A stretch of DNA of 64,000 nucleotides from assembly GCF_988242995.1 (NCBI RefSeq), contig NZ_OZ547043.1; one strand, 5' to 3'. Under the pieces are notes generated by a model. It saw only the letters and a list, made by a program, of their open reading frames with translations, did not search any database and was not told where the DNA came from. Shown one piece after another: positions 1 to 8,391 of the stretch; the first letter of the stretch is position 1; each line of letters begins with the position of its first letter. Position numbers and translations under genes: made by a program.

Positions 1-195
1 ATCCAGTGAAGACACGAGGGGATTTTCTCCGCTTCCTTCTGCCTGGCGGCGGGCGATTTCACCGCGCATGGCGGTTACGATAAATCCGGCATTGCTTTCA
101 CCGTCCAGCTTAACGGATTCCATCCCTTGCATAACATCTAGTGGGACTCTGACAGTTGTCAGTTGTGATTTTGCGTTTTTGTTAGCCGTTGCCAT
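1..195 (-). CDS. Ribbon-helix-helix (Arc/CopG-like) putative repressor, 3'-truncated by window start
   Basis: Reverse-strand ORF starting at ATG 195-193 with AGGAG RBS; translation MATANKNAKSQLTTVRVPLDVMQGMESVKLDGESNAGFIVTAMRGEIARRQ... fits the RHH pattern (N-terminal beta-strand TVRVP then two helices). Not in the ORF track because it runs off the window. Confidence 0.5.
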   Translation of the reverse strand, partial: MATANKNAKSQLTTVRVPLDVMQGMESVKLDGESNAGFIVTAMRGEIARRQAEGSGENPLVSSLD

Positions 196-261
196 TTCTG
201 AAACTCCTAATCATCGGTGTGTTTCAGTATACACAAAAAAAGAAATACAAAAAGCCTTGAC

Positions 262-294
262 GTGTGTTTCATGCGCTCATAACATGAAACACAC
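262..294. promoter_or_regulatory. Perfect inverted repeat (gtgtgtttcatg N9 catgaaacacac) overlapping a TTGACG-N17-TAACAT-like promoter; candidate operator
   Basis: Read directly from sequence; lies between the divergent RHH gene and the rightward small-gene/primase operon. Confidence 0.45.
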
Positions 295-575
295 CGAAAG
301 GATTGTTGAAATACAAAGAGCAACGCCCCGCAGTGCTGGGAACACATACGGGGCGTCTAACCAACAACGTAAACTAGGAGCCGTTATGGTTGCTGTAAAT
401 CATATACCACACCTTGTACACACACAAACGGCCTTTGTGTGGCGTTTTCTGGCACTGAGTGCCGGAGAATCTCAAATCATCCACGTAACCGCCTGGACGG
501 AACGCGAAGCGCGTAGCCGTTGCCCGTCCGGTTGTGTTGCTGTATTCGCTGCAAAAATCCGCCAGGGAGTGAGTC

Positions 576-761
576 ATGCTTAAAACCTTCCGTGTATTTG
601 CCCGAGCTGTTAACCCAATAGGCCACACAATTGGTATCGCTCAGAATGTGAAGGCTGTTAATGTTCAGACGGCTATTGCTGCGGTGAGAAGCGAATCATC
701 AGAATATGGCTTATCACAAGTCATTATTTCAGCAGTGTATGAATTAAAAGAGGTGCATTAA
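576..761 (+). CDS. Hypothetical small protein (61 aa), first gene of primase operon
   Basis: ORF with GGGAG RBS; stop overlaps next start (TAATG). Confidence 0.4.
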   Translation: MLKTFRVFARAVNPIGHTIGIAQNVKAVNVQTAIAAVRSESSEYGLSQVIISAVYELKEVH

Positions 762-952
762 TGCAGGAAATCACATTACACGAAGCCGCTGAACGTGCGC
801 ACCAGACAGAAATTATTTGCCGCCTTCTTGAGGTATATCCGAACAAAATTACAGATGCTGATATATCCGCGCTGGCGAGCCTACTGGCGCGCCTTTCGGG
901 AAGTGTCGCTAGTTTCCTCATTGAGGAAGAAAGTAAGCTGGTGGGGGATTAA
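761..952 (+). CDS. Hypothetical small protein (63 aa)
   Basis: ORF with AAAGAGG RBS, translationally coupled to flanking genes. Confidence 0.45.
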   Translation: MQEITLHEAAERAHQTEIICRLLEVYPNKITDADISALASLLARLSGSVASFLIEEESKLVGD

Positions 953-1174
953 ATGAATACAGAACGGGAAGTCTTTTTTAAATTGTTAGCATGTGCAGAA
1001 AGTTCATTAACTTTAAATAATTCAGCAAAAGCAATATTAAATATGTGGCTTGATTGCATAAATGACAATGAAGATGCAAATATTGCTTATGGCCTGTTGT
1101 CACTTATTGATGAATCAGCAGAAAAACTCAATGACGCAATAAATAGTGCCCTGCTATCAAATAAGTCGAGTTAA
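953..1174 (+). CDS. Hypothetical small protein (73 aa)
   Basis: ORF starts immediately after previous stop; GGGGGA RBS. Confidence 0.45.
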   Translation: MNTEREVFFKLLACAESSLTLNNSAKAILNMWLDCINDNEDANIAYGLLSLIDESAEKLNDAINSALLSNKSS

Positions 1175-1191
1175 GTCGAGGAATAAATAAT

Positions 1192-1491
1192 ATGGAAATG
1201 AAAAATTCTGGCTTTATTGCCAGCGGCCCCGCTCGGCCTGAATTTATGAACGGCGATATTTACCGCGATAAATACGGCGGCACGGTAACGATTAAAGGCG
1301 TGGCAGAACGGCGCATCACTTACCGCCGTGAGGGGTATAGCTATGACTGCGTGATGCCTGTTTATCAGTTCCGGCGTGATTTTTCCCTGGTATATGCCGC
1401 ACCCCGCAGTAAGCCCATCAGCAGGGAAAAAGCGCGGGGAAACATCCAGAAAATGAAAAGCATGATTAACGCATTCAGGGGCAAAAAATGA
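1192..1491 (+). CDS. Hypothetical protein (99 aa)
   Basis: ORF with GAGGAA RBS; stop overlaps primase start (ATGA). Confidence 0.45.
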   Translation: MEMKNSGFIASGPARPEFMNGDIYRDKYGGTVTIKGVAERRITYRREGYSYDCVMPVYQFRRDFSLVYAAPRSKPISREKARGNIQKMKSMINAFRGKK

Positions 1492-3239
1492 AACTGGCAC
1501 CGAACTTAAAAAAACAGCCACGCGACAGACTGACAGAGGTAATCATCTTTGCAGGTAGTGATGCGTGGAGCCATGCGAAAGAGTGGCGGGAATGGGCGGG
1601 TAAACATATTGCCGCCGACGATGTGCCGCCTGTCGTGCTGGCTGATGAGCAACTGAAAAATATCACCGATTACCGGATCATTGATGAAGATCGTCAGTGT
1701 GTGCGTGTTTACCGCGCAGGACATATCACAGAGCACAGCATGACGCAGATTGTTACGTTACTGGCTGTGGCTGGAGTGAAGACCGTACACGAATACGCGG
1801 GGATTACTGACACCAGCCCAGTGGATTTATCCGAGCAGTTGCCGCGACTCAAAGAGGAATGCGAGCGTGGGGAAAGTCTGGTGCTTAATCTTCCGACGAA
1901 GCAAAAGGCGCAACTTTCACAGATGGCAGACAGTGAACGTGCACAACTACTTGCCGATCGCTTTGATGGTGTGTGTGTTCATGCAGAAAGTGAAATCGTC
2001 CACGTATGGCGCGGCGGGGTATGGTGTCCGGTCAGCACAATGGAGCTGAGCCGCGAAATGGTGGCGATCTATTCAGAGCACAGGGCCACGTTCAGCAAAC
2101 GTGTAATCAATAACGCCGTGGAAGCGTTAAAAGTTATTGCCGACCCCATGGGGGAGCCGTCCGGTGATTTGCTACCGTTCACTAATGGTGTGCTTAACCT
2201 GAAAACGGGGGAATTTTCTCCGCACTCGCCGGAGCACTGGAGCACCACGCACAATGGCATTGAGTACACGCCACCAGTAGCAGGGGAAAACATCCGCGAT
2301 AATGCGCCAAATTTCCATAAATGGCTTGAACATGCTGCAAGAAAAGACCCGCGCAAGATGATGCGTATATGTGCCGCGTTATACATGATTATGGCGAACC
2401 GCTACGACTGGCAGATGTTCATTGAGGCCACCGGAGACGGGGGAAGCGGTAAGAGTACATTTACCCATATTGCCACCCTGCTTGCTGGCAAACAGAACAC
2501 CGTAAGCGCGGAGATGACATCACTCGATGATGCAGGAGGGCGCGCGCAGGTTGTCGGGAGTCGTCTTATCGTCCTTGCCGATCAGCCGAAATATACGGGG
2601 GAAGGCACGGGCATCAAGAAAATCACGGGAGGCGATCCCGTTGAAATTAACCCGAAATATGAGAAGCGATTCACGACGATAATAAGGGCGGTGGTACTGG
2701 CAACCAATAACGACCCGATGATCTTTACCGAACGGGCCGGAGGTGTGTCACGCCGTCGGGTGATTTTCCGGTTCGACAACATTGTAAGGGAGGACGAAAA
2801 AGACAAGGAATTACCGGAAAAGATAGCGGCAGAAATCCCCGTAATTATCCGCCGCTTGCTGGCTAATTTTGCTGACCCTGAAAAGGCACGGGCTTTATTA
2901 CTGGAACAGCGTGACGGTGATGAAGCTCTGGCAATAAAGCAGCAAACGGATCCGGTTGTTGAGCTTTGCGCGGCGCTGGAGTTTCTGGAGGAAGCTCGTG
3001 GGCTAATGATGGGCGGTGGTGGTGACACCGTGAAGTACACGACCAGAAACAGCCTTTACCGTGTCTATATGGCCTTCATGGCATACACAGGAAAGGGGAA
3101 ATGTTTGAGCGTGAATGAGTTCGGAAAGGCTATGAGGTCAGCGGCGAAAGTTTACGGATATGAATATATTACGCGAAAAGTTAAGGGAGTCACGCAGACC
3201 AACGCAACGACTACTGATGATTGCGATGCGTTTTTATAA
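1488..3239 (+). CDS. Replication primase-helicase of satellite/PICI type (P4 alpha-like, D5-family P-loop NTPase)
   Basis: 583-aa ORF with Walker A motif GDGGSGKST in the central domain; followed directly by an iteron cluster, as in P4 alpha/crr. Confidence 0.7.
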   Translation: MKLAPNLKKQPRDRLTEVIIFAGSDAWSHAKEWREWAGKHIAADDVPPVVLADEQLKNITDYRIIDEDRQCVRVYRAGHITEHSMTQIVTLLAVAGVKTVHEYAGITDTSPVDLSEQLPRLKEECERGESLVLNLPTKQKAQLSQMADSERAQLLADRFDGVCVHAESEIVHVWRGGVWCPVSTMELSREMVAIYSEHRATFSKRVINNAVEALKVIADPMGEPSGDLLPFTNGVLNLKTGEFSPHSPEHWSTTHNGIEYTPPVAGENIRDNAPNFHKWLEHAARKDPRKMMRICAALYMIMANRYDWQMFIEATGDGGSGKSTFTHIATLLAGKQNTVSAEMTSLDDAGGRAQVVGSRLIVLADQPKYTGEGTGIKKITGGDPVEINPKYEKRFTTIIRAVVLATNNDPMIFTERAGGVSRRRVIFRFDNIVREDEKDKELPEKIAAEIPVIIRRLLANFADPEKARALLLEQRDGDEALAIKQQTDPVVELCAALEFLEEARGLMMGGGGDTVKYTTRNSLYRVYMAFMAYTGKGKCLSVNEFGKAMRSAAKVYGYEYITRKVKGVTQTNATTTDDCDAFL

Positions 3240-3249
3240 AAAATGGCAA

Positions 3250-3485
3250 TGGTTATCTACCTTGTCTACCTGACTGAAAGAAAATACTTTTATTTCAATG
3301 TATTAATGCAGGTAGATAACTATTTTTCACTGTCTACCTGTTATCTACCTTATCTACCCATTTTTGTAGACAGGTAAGGAGACGGGTAGAGATGAGGTAG
3401 ACAGCTATTTGGGGCTGTCTACCTCCCTGAAACCCGCGCCATTACTGGCCTGATAACTAATCAGGTAGACAAGGTAGACAAGGTG
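3250..3485. repeat. Iteron cluster (about 11 copies of 8-bp GGTAGACA / TGTCTACC motif in both orientations); putative replication origin
   Basis: Seen directly: cttgtctacc, caggtagataac, ctgtctacctgttatctaccttatctaccc, gtagacaggt, gaggtagacagc, ggctgtctacctcc, caggtagacaaggtagacaagg. Confidence 0.7.
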
Positions 3486-3528
3486 GTGGTGCACAAAAAA
3501 CTTTTTAAACGAGGGGGTAAAAATAAAA

Positions 3529-3786
3529 ATGCACACATCAGGAAAACTGAACAAACATATAAAGCCACATTACCGCGCCCTTGATATGGCTGAACACTGG
3601 CTAAGGGTGGCGATTAAGGCAATAGACCGCAACGCCGGGGAAGGATACGCGAAAGCACATCCCGAACTGATAAGCGCATTCATGACAACGGCGGCTGCAA
3701 ACTTTGCCACGCTGACCGAACGGGAGATTGCTGAAGCGGAGGAAGTGACAACAATCAATATTAAGTCCGGAGAGCAGGCAGCATGA
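3529..3786 (+). CDS. Hypothetical protein (85 aa)
   Basis: ORF with GGGGGT RBS; stop overlaps next start. Confidence 0.4.
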   Translation: MHTSGKLNKHIKPHYRALDMAEHWLRVAIKAIDRNAGEGYAKAHPELISAFMTTAAANFATLTEREIAEAEEVTTINIKSGEQAA

Positions 3787-4232
3787 CGGCGCAAATATCA
3801 GTTTACGGGCGGTTGGTGGACGACCCGCAGACAAAACAGACCAGCAAGGGCACCCCCATGACGCTGGCGCGTATGGCGGTATCACTGCCCTGCAGTCAGT
3901 CGGATGACGGTCTGGCGACGTTGTGGTTATCTGTCCTGGCGTTTGGCAGACAAGCCGACGCGCTGGCAAAGCATCACAAAGGCGAACTCCTGAGCGTGGC
4001 GGGTAACATGCAGATGAGCCAGTGGACTGGACAGAACGGCGAAACGCGGCAGGGCTGGCAGGTTATCGCAGACAGCGTAATCAGTGCGCGATCGGTGCGA
4101 CCGGGCGGCAAAAAAGGCCAACAGGGGCAGGCTACTGACGCACTGAACAGAGCAAAACAACAGGCAGATCAGCAAGGAAGCCAGCCACCAGAGGGAGATA
4201 ATGAGCAATGGGGAGATGATATCCCGTTTTAA
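3783..4232 (+). CDS. Divergent single-stranded DNA-binding (SSB-like, OB-fold) protein with acidic C-terminal DDIPF tip
   Basis: 149-aa ORF; OB-fold-like core, Gly/Gln-rich linker, and C-terminus ...EGDNEQWGDDIPF matching the canonical SSB partner-binding tail. Confidence 0.6.
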   Translation: MTAQISVYGRLVDDPQTKQTSKGTPMTLARMAVSLPCSQSDDGLATLWLSVLAFGRQADALAKHHKGELLSVAGNMQMSQWTGQNGETRQGWQVIADSVISARSVRPGGKKGQQGQATDALNRAKQQADQQGSQPPEGDNEQWGDDIPF

Positions 4233-4248
4233 ATATTGCCAATAAAAA

Positions 4249-4276
4249 AAGCCGGAAAAAATAAATTTTCCGGCAT
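4249..4276. terminator. Stem-loop gccggaaaa/ttttccggc after SSB-like gene; orientation ambiguous
   Basis: 9-bp inverted repeat with A-run upstream and T-run within/after the stem. Confidence 0.3.
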
Positions 4277-4448
4277 GCTACATAAATCCCGACCAAAGGG
4301 AGTGAAGATATTAACACTAATTGTCCGCACTGAAGTTGTCACCCCAAAACTTTATACAACATTGCACTCGGTTGCATGTGTTCGCATGACAAATATCGGT
4401 GATAGCATATATCCACAATTATTTTTAATGAATGCAAAGAGGATGCGT

Positions 4449-5489
4449 ATGGTTGATTTATATTCGCCTACTCAGCTTGTACAGGTAGTTAATGCTGTAG
4501 ATGTACAAAAACAACTAAATGCGTTATTTACCAGTTTGTTTTTTACTCGCTCGGTAATGTTTGAATCGCGCGATATTATTCTTGATACAATCGACGATCC
4601 AAATATCCCAATTGCAGCGTTTTGTTCTCCTATGGTGGGTAGTAAAGTTTCACGTGACGAAGGGTACGAATCAAAAACAATTCGTCCAGGCTATATGAAG
4701 CCGAAAAGCAGCATTGATCCAAATAAGTTAGCTGTGCGCCCTGCTGGTGTGTCACCTGAGCAATACAATGCTTTTGGGGCGCGTAATATTAAAGTTAAAC
4801 AGGCGATTGTAAATCAGGCTAAAGCTATTCGTGCACGTATTGAATGGCTTGCTGTTCAGGCAATCACAACGGGGAAAAATATCATTGAGGGCGATGGTAT
4901 TGAACGTTATGAGCTGGACTGGAATATAAAACCACAAAATATCATCACTCAGTCTGGCGGTACTGAGTGGTCAGGTAAGGATAAAGAAACTTTTGATCCA
5001 AATGATGATATTGAGAGCTACGCAGAATTTAGTGAGGGCGTCACTAATATCATCATTATGGGTGGTAATGTATGGAAGAAATACCGTTCATTCAGAGCGA
5101 TAAAAGAGGCTTTGGATACCCGTCGTGGTTCTAATTCCGAACTGGAAACGGCCCTTAAAGACCTTGGTGATTCGGTGAGTTTTAAAGGGTATATGGGCGA
5201 TGTTGCGATTGTTGTTTACAGCGGGCGTTATACCGACGAGGACGGAACAGAAAAACATTTCCTTGATCCTGATTTGATGGTGCTTGGCAATACGGCTCTT
5301 CAGGGGATTGTCGCCTATGGCGGTATTCAGGATCCGGAGCTAATCCGAATGGGGCTGACTAAAGCCGAACTTGCACCGAAAAACTATATTGTGCCTGGTG
5401 ATCCGGCTATTGAATATGTGCAGACACATTCAGCACCACAGCCAATACCGGCCCGCATCAATCGTTTTGTTACCGTTCGCATTGGCTAA
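4449..5489 (+). CDS. Major capsid protein, lambda gpE family (divergent paralog, about 50 percent identity to lambda E over the C-terminal half)
   Basis: Start chosen at MVDLYSPTQL with AAGAGGA RBS (the track ORF begins upstream at 4236). Shares blocks ITQSGGTEWS, LDTRRGSNSELETA, GDVAIVVYSG with lambda E. Confidence 0.8.
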   Translation: MVDLYSPTQLVQVVNAVDVQKQLNALFTSLFFTRSVMFESRDIILDTIDDPNIPIAAFCSPMVGSKVSRDEGYESKTIRPGYMKPKSSIDPNKLAVRPAGVSPEQYNAFGARNIKVKQAIVNQAKAIRARIEWLAVQAITTGKNIIEGDGIERYELDWNIKPQNIITQSGGTEWSGKDKETFDPNDDIESYAEFSEGVTNIIIMGGNVWKKYRSFRAIKEALDTRRGSNSELETALKDLGDSVSFKGYMGDVAIVVYSGRYTDEDGTEKHFLDPDLMVLGNTALQGIVAYGGIQDPELIRMGLTKAELAPKNYIVPGDPAIEYVQTHSAPQPIPARINRFVTVRIG

Positions 5490-5498
5490 GGGGGAGCA

Positions 5499-5840
5499 AT
5501 GGCTACTCATTACACTGAACTCATGGCTGGCACTGAAGCACTGGTGACTACGCTGGGGATATTTTCAGCTAATAAAGGGGTAATTCCTGCATTTACGCCA
5601 CTGATGCAGGAAGATGCAACAGGTGCACTGGTGGTATGGGATGGTTCGAGCGTAGGTAAAGCGGTTTATGTTTCCGCTGTACAAATCGACACCGCGAAAA
5701 AAACACAGGCTCAGGTCTATAAGACAGGTGTCTTAAATGTTGATGCTCTGAACTGGCCTGAGTCTGTTAAAGAACTGTCAGTAAAGGTTGCAGCGTTTGT
5801 TGGCTCAGGTATTTCTGTTCAGCCGCTGGCTCGTGTGTAA
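5499..5840 (+). CDS. Head decoration protein, lambda gpD family
   Basis: 113-aa ORF; TPLMQEDATGALVVWDGSS...AAFVGSGISVQ aligns with lambda D TPLMLDTSSRKLVAWDGTT...TAFAGTAISIV. Confidence 0.7.
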   Translation: MATHYTELMAGTEALVTTLGIFSANKGVIPAFTPLMQEDATGALVVWDGSSVGKAVYVSAVQIDTAKKTQAQVYKTGVLNVDALNWPESVKELSVKVAAFVGSGISVQPLARV

Positions 5841-5851
5841 AGGGGGATACA

Positions 5852-6235
5852 ATGCAGAATGATTACAATGACCTTAAGCCAATTGCCGAAATGATGTACC
5901 CGAATCCAGCTGTAGAGGAATTAAAAGCTATCGCTGACAAAATGTGTTTAAGCGAGCGCCTTGTTGATATGAATCAGGTGATGGAAATTACAACCCTGAG
6001 TCGTCGTACACTGCTAAACCTTGAGGCTAGTGGAGAGTTCCCGGAGCGTGTGCAGGTTACGGAAGGGCGTAAGGCCTGGTATTTAAGTGAAGTGATCGAC
6101 TGGATAAATAATATTCCTCGCGCTTCTGAATATTGCCGCGTACCTGTCCCAAAAAAGCCAGATGCGGCGCTATGCCTCAAGATTGAGCGTGTACGCCGCA
6201 ATGCACGGGATGGTCGCTATAAGCTGATTGGTTGA
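5852..6235 (+). CDS. AlpA/excisionase-like HTH regulator
   Basis: 127-aa ORF; central segment MNQVMEITTLSRRTLLNLEASGEFPERVQVTEGRKAWYLSEVIDWINN resembles AlpA-family phage regulators. Confidence 0.55.
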   Translation: MQNDYNDLKPIAEMMYPNPAVEELKAIADKMCLSERLVDMNQVMEITTLSRRTLLNLEASGEFPERVQVTEGRKAWYLSEVIDWINNIPRASEYCRVPVPKKPDAALCLKIERVRRNARDGRYKLIG

Positions 6236-6397
6236 TGAAATTAGGGCCCGCTCTGGCTGGCGGGTCCTTTCCGGTGATCCAGAACGTTACGGGGCGTCAG
6301 GCGCGCAGATTCTTGCTATTTATGACAATTTTCTGCGATTTGCCGTTTCCGTTCTTCTTCCTCGTAACTTAGTGTTTTTACTAGAAATACCCTCTAA

Positions 6398-6448
6398 AAA
6401 GAAAGGAAATGACAGGTGCTGAAAACAGGCTTTTGGGTCTCCGTCATT
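6398..6448. terminator. Stem-loop (aaaggaaatgac ... gtcatttccttt) followed by T-rich tract
   Basis: 12-bp inverted repeat read directly, after the alpA-like gene. Confidence 0.4.
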
Positions 6449-6687
6449 TCCTTTCTCATTTTTATCTAAAAGTAAGCATCGAGGCCACCCCAAATGCTTA
6501 TAGAGGTTATTGTGTCACTATGCGTACTGTTCAGGATTTAAAGTAGCAAGACATCTAGTTGCTTGCAGTTTTGGCGAATGATGTGAGGTTCTCTATAACA
6601 GATAATGTAACAAGTTACTGATATATTCTGTTATGGTTGACTTTAAATTTTGTTGCTCCTTCAATGAATTATTGAGGGGTAAAAATT

Positions 6688-6713
6688 AGGCGTGATAAGA
6701 ATCGATCACGCCT
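6688..6713 (-). terminator. Rho-independent terminator for the 438-aa gene
   Basis: aggcgtgat/atcacgcct 9-bp stem immediately 3' of the minus-strand stop, followed on that strand by AATTTTTA. Confidence 0.45.
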
Positions 6714-6718
6714 ATTGT

Positions 6719-8035
6719 TTATCTTGAAGAAATTTTAGGCAGGCTTTTTAAAAATAAATCTTTATTTCTACTTGCATCAGTTAAAAGTGTTAGGAATATT
6801 TTATCTGTAGGAGTGCATGTGCTCTTGTTTAACAGTAATTCACCAAGTTTCTGTAATCGAGAGAATTGCCCATCCTCTTGGATTCTGTGACGAAGTGTAC
6901 TATCATTTTTAATAACATCAACAAATGCAGAAACCATGTTAATATCAAAGTGTTCAAACATTTCCAATATTAAAGGTGCAGCCCCATTTGAATAAAAATT
7001 CTTCCTTCCATACTGATAGCTGAAACCACGATGGCCAACATAAGTTTTTGTAATGGCTGAAACAAATTCAACAATATTATCTTCAGGGACGAAACTCGAG
7101 AATGGTAATAATTGGGTTACGATTTTTTCCTCTTCTGACCAATTATCTAAAGACTCGGTGAGTTTATTAATGAGAGGCTCAATAATAACTTTTCGGGATG
7201 CAGGGCTAATATACATCAGTCCATCTACCAATAGTATGAATTGTTGTGCCTTCTCTATCTTATTGTTGTTTCCTGAAACTAAATACTTGTCAAATTGTTG
7301 GCCGACTTTACGTCGGTCGTCTTTTGAAAGTAATGTCCATAAAATAGGTGCGCAAAATTCAATGTTGTTTCTGAGTTCACTTGATATATTGGATGAGCAG
7401 TATGTGCCAAAAAAACGAGAGGATAATTCACTGATATAAATTGCAGGTAGATCTGAAAAGGCTTGCTTAACTGCCAGACTATTTTTATTAAATGTTGCCG
7501 AATCCATTTCTGAAAGATATGTAGTTATATCTATGATGGCTGGTGGAAACTCTTTAGAAAGAACGTATTTATTACAATCATTAATCAGGTTCACTACTTT
7601 GATTAAATCAGGGTCGCTACTTTGTGGATGTCCACCAAATAGATTCCTGGTTTCTCTAGCTTGTTGTAATAGTTTCTGACCTTCTCGATCGATAACTCCT
7701 ATTTTAAATGCTCCATCTATTAAATCAAAGTCGCTCACATAATCCTGAAAATCTTCATACGTTTTAATTTCTTTTTTTTGTTTACACTCTTTGTTGAATA
7801 GATCTAGGCTACGATGAATTATCTTTTGACGTAAATCATCAACTACAGCATTCCAGTAAGCAGTGATGGCACTTCTATAACCTTTTACAGGAAGAACTCT
7901 TATTGCTTCTGAAATATATGGGCAGTCAACTACATCATGCCTCACAGTTGAGAGCGCAGTTTGTAACAATGTAACTTCTGTAGAGTCTAGTGGAGTTGGC
8001 TGCACTAAATGAGAACTTATCTCTGTACCCTTCAT
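6719..8035 (-). CDS. 438-aa hypothetical protein with N-terminal HEPN-like Rx5H motif (R130-N-L-F-G-G-H136); candidate abortive-infection/defence protein
   Basis: Long ORF on the opposite strand in a visibly AT-rich 2-kb block with its own upstream region and terminator; no similarity to phage structural or housekeeping proteins that I recognise. Confidence 0.5.
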   Translation of the reverse strand: MKGTEISSHLVQPTPLDSTEVTLLQTALSTVRHDVVDCPYISEAIRVLPVKGYRSAITAYWNAVVDDLRQKIIHRSLDLFNKECKQKKEIKTYEDFQDYVSDFDLIDGAFKIGVIDREGQKLLQQARETRNLFGGHPQSSDPDLIKVVNLINDCNKYVLSKEFPPAIIDITTYLSEMDSATFNKNSLAVKQAFSDLPAIYISELSSRFFGTYCSSNISSELRNNIEFCAPILWTLLSKDDRRKVGQQFDKYLVSGNNNKIEKAQQFILLVDGLMYISPASRKVIIEPLINKLTESLDNWSEEEKIVTQLLPFSSFVPEDNIVEFVSAITKTYVGHRGFSYQYGRKNFYSNGAAPLILEMFEHFDINMVSAFVDVIKNDSTLRHRIQEDGQFSRLQKLGELLLNKSTCTPTDKIFLTLLTDASRNKDLFLKSLPKISSR

Positions 8036-8391
8036 TTCAGGATTTTCCTATTCTTTTCCATTTTTCTACTCTATTGAATTTGAAAAAGATATCAAGTTCG
8101 TTCTTGCCAGTTTTAAGTGGAAAATTTGATGTTACCTTATTGAGATAAGGCAGTTCTCTATAACCTATTGTTATTAATTATTTTTATTTTTTTCCAATTC
8201 AGATGTTTAGGGCTAAGAAGTTAAGTGAGAGTTCACAGCAAAACTGCTTCTAGTTCCTCACCGAGGAGCAAAAGGTTAAGACAGCGTACTTTGTATTGCA
8301 CAATGTATTGCAGAACCTTCTTTCGAAAGCTACAACAATCAATTTTATATTGAAAATTCAATCATATCCTTTCGATATTGACTCATATAAC

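Noticed and set aside
68-583. 171-aa plus-strand ORF across the leader region
   Set aside because: No RBS, odd Cys/His-rich low-complexity translation, and it spans the palindromes/hairpins of the regulatory region; more likely non-coding.
3250-3485. Possible CRISPR array (short repeats)
   Set aside because: Repeats are 8 bp, irregularly spaced and in both orientations; this is an iteron origin, not a CRISPR repeat-spacer array.
4236-4448. N-terminal 71-codon extension of the capsid ORF in the track
   Set aside because: No RBS at 4236 and it runs through the terminator-like hairpin; the start at 4449 has a good RBS and matches the lambda E N-terminus length.
6228-6422. 64-aa ORF after the alpA-like gene
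   Set aside because: Overlaps two stem-loops, no RBS; probably terminator region rather than a gene.
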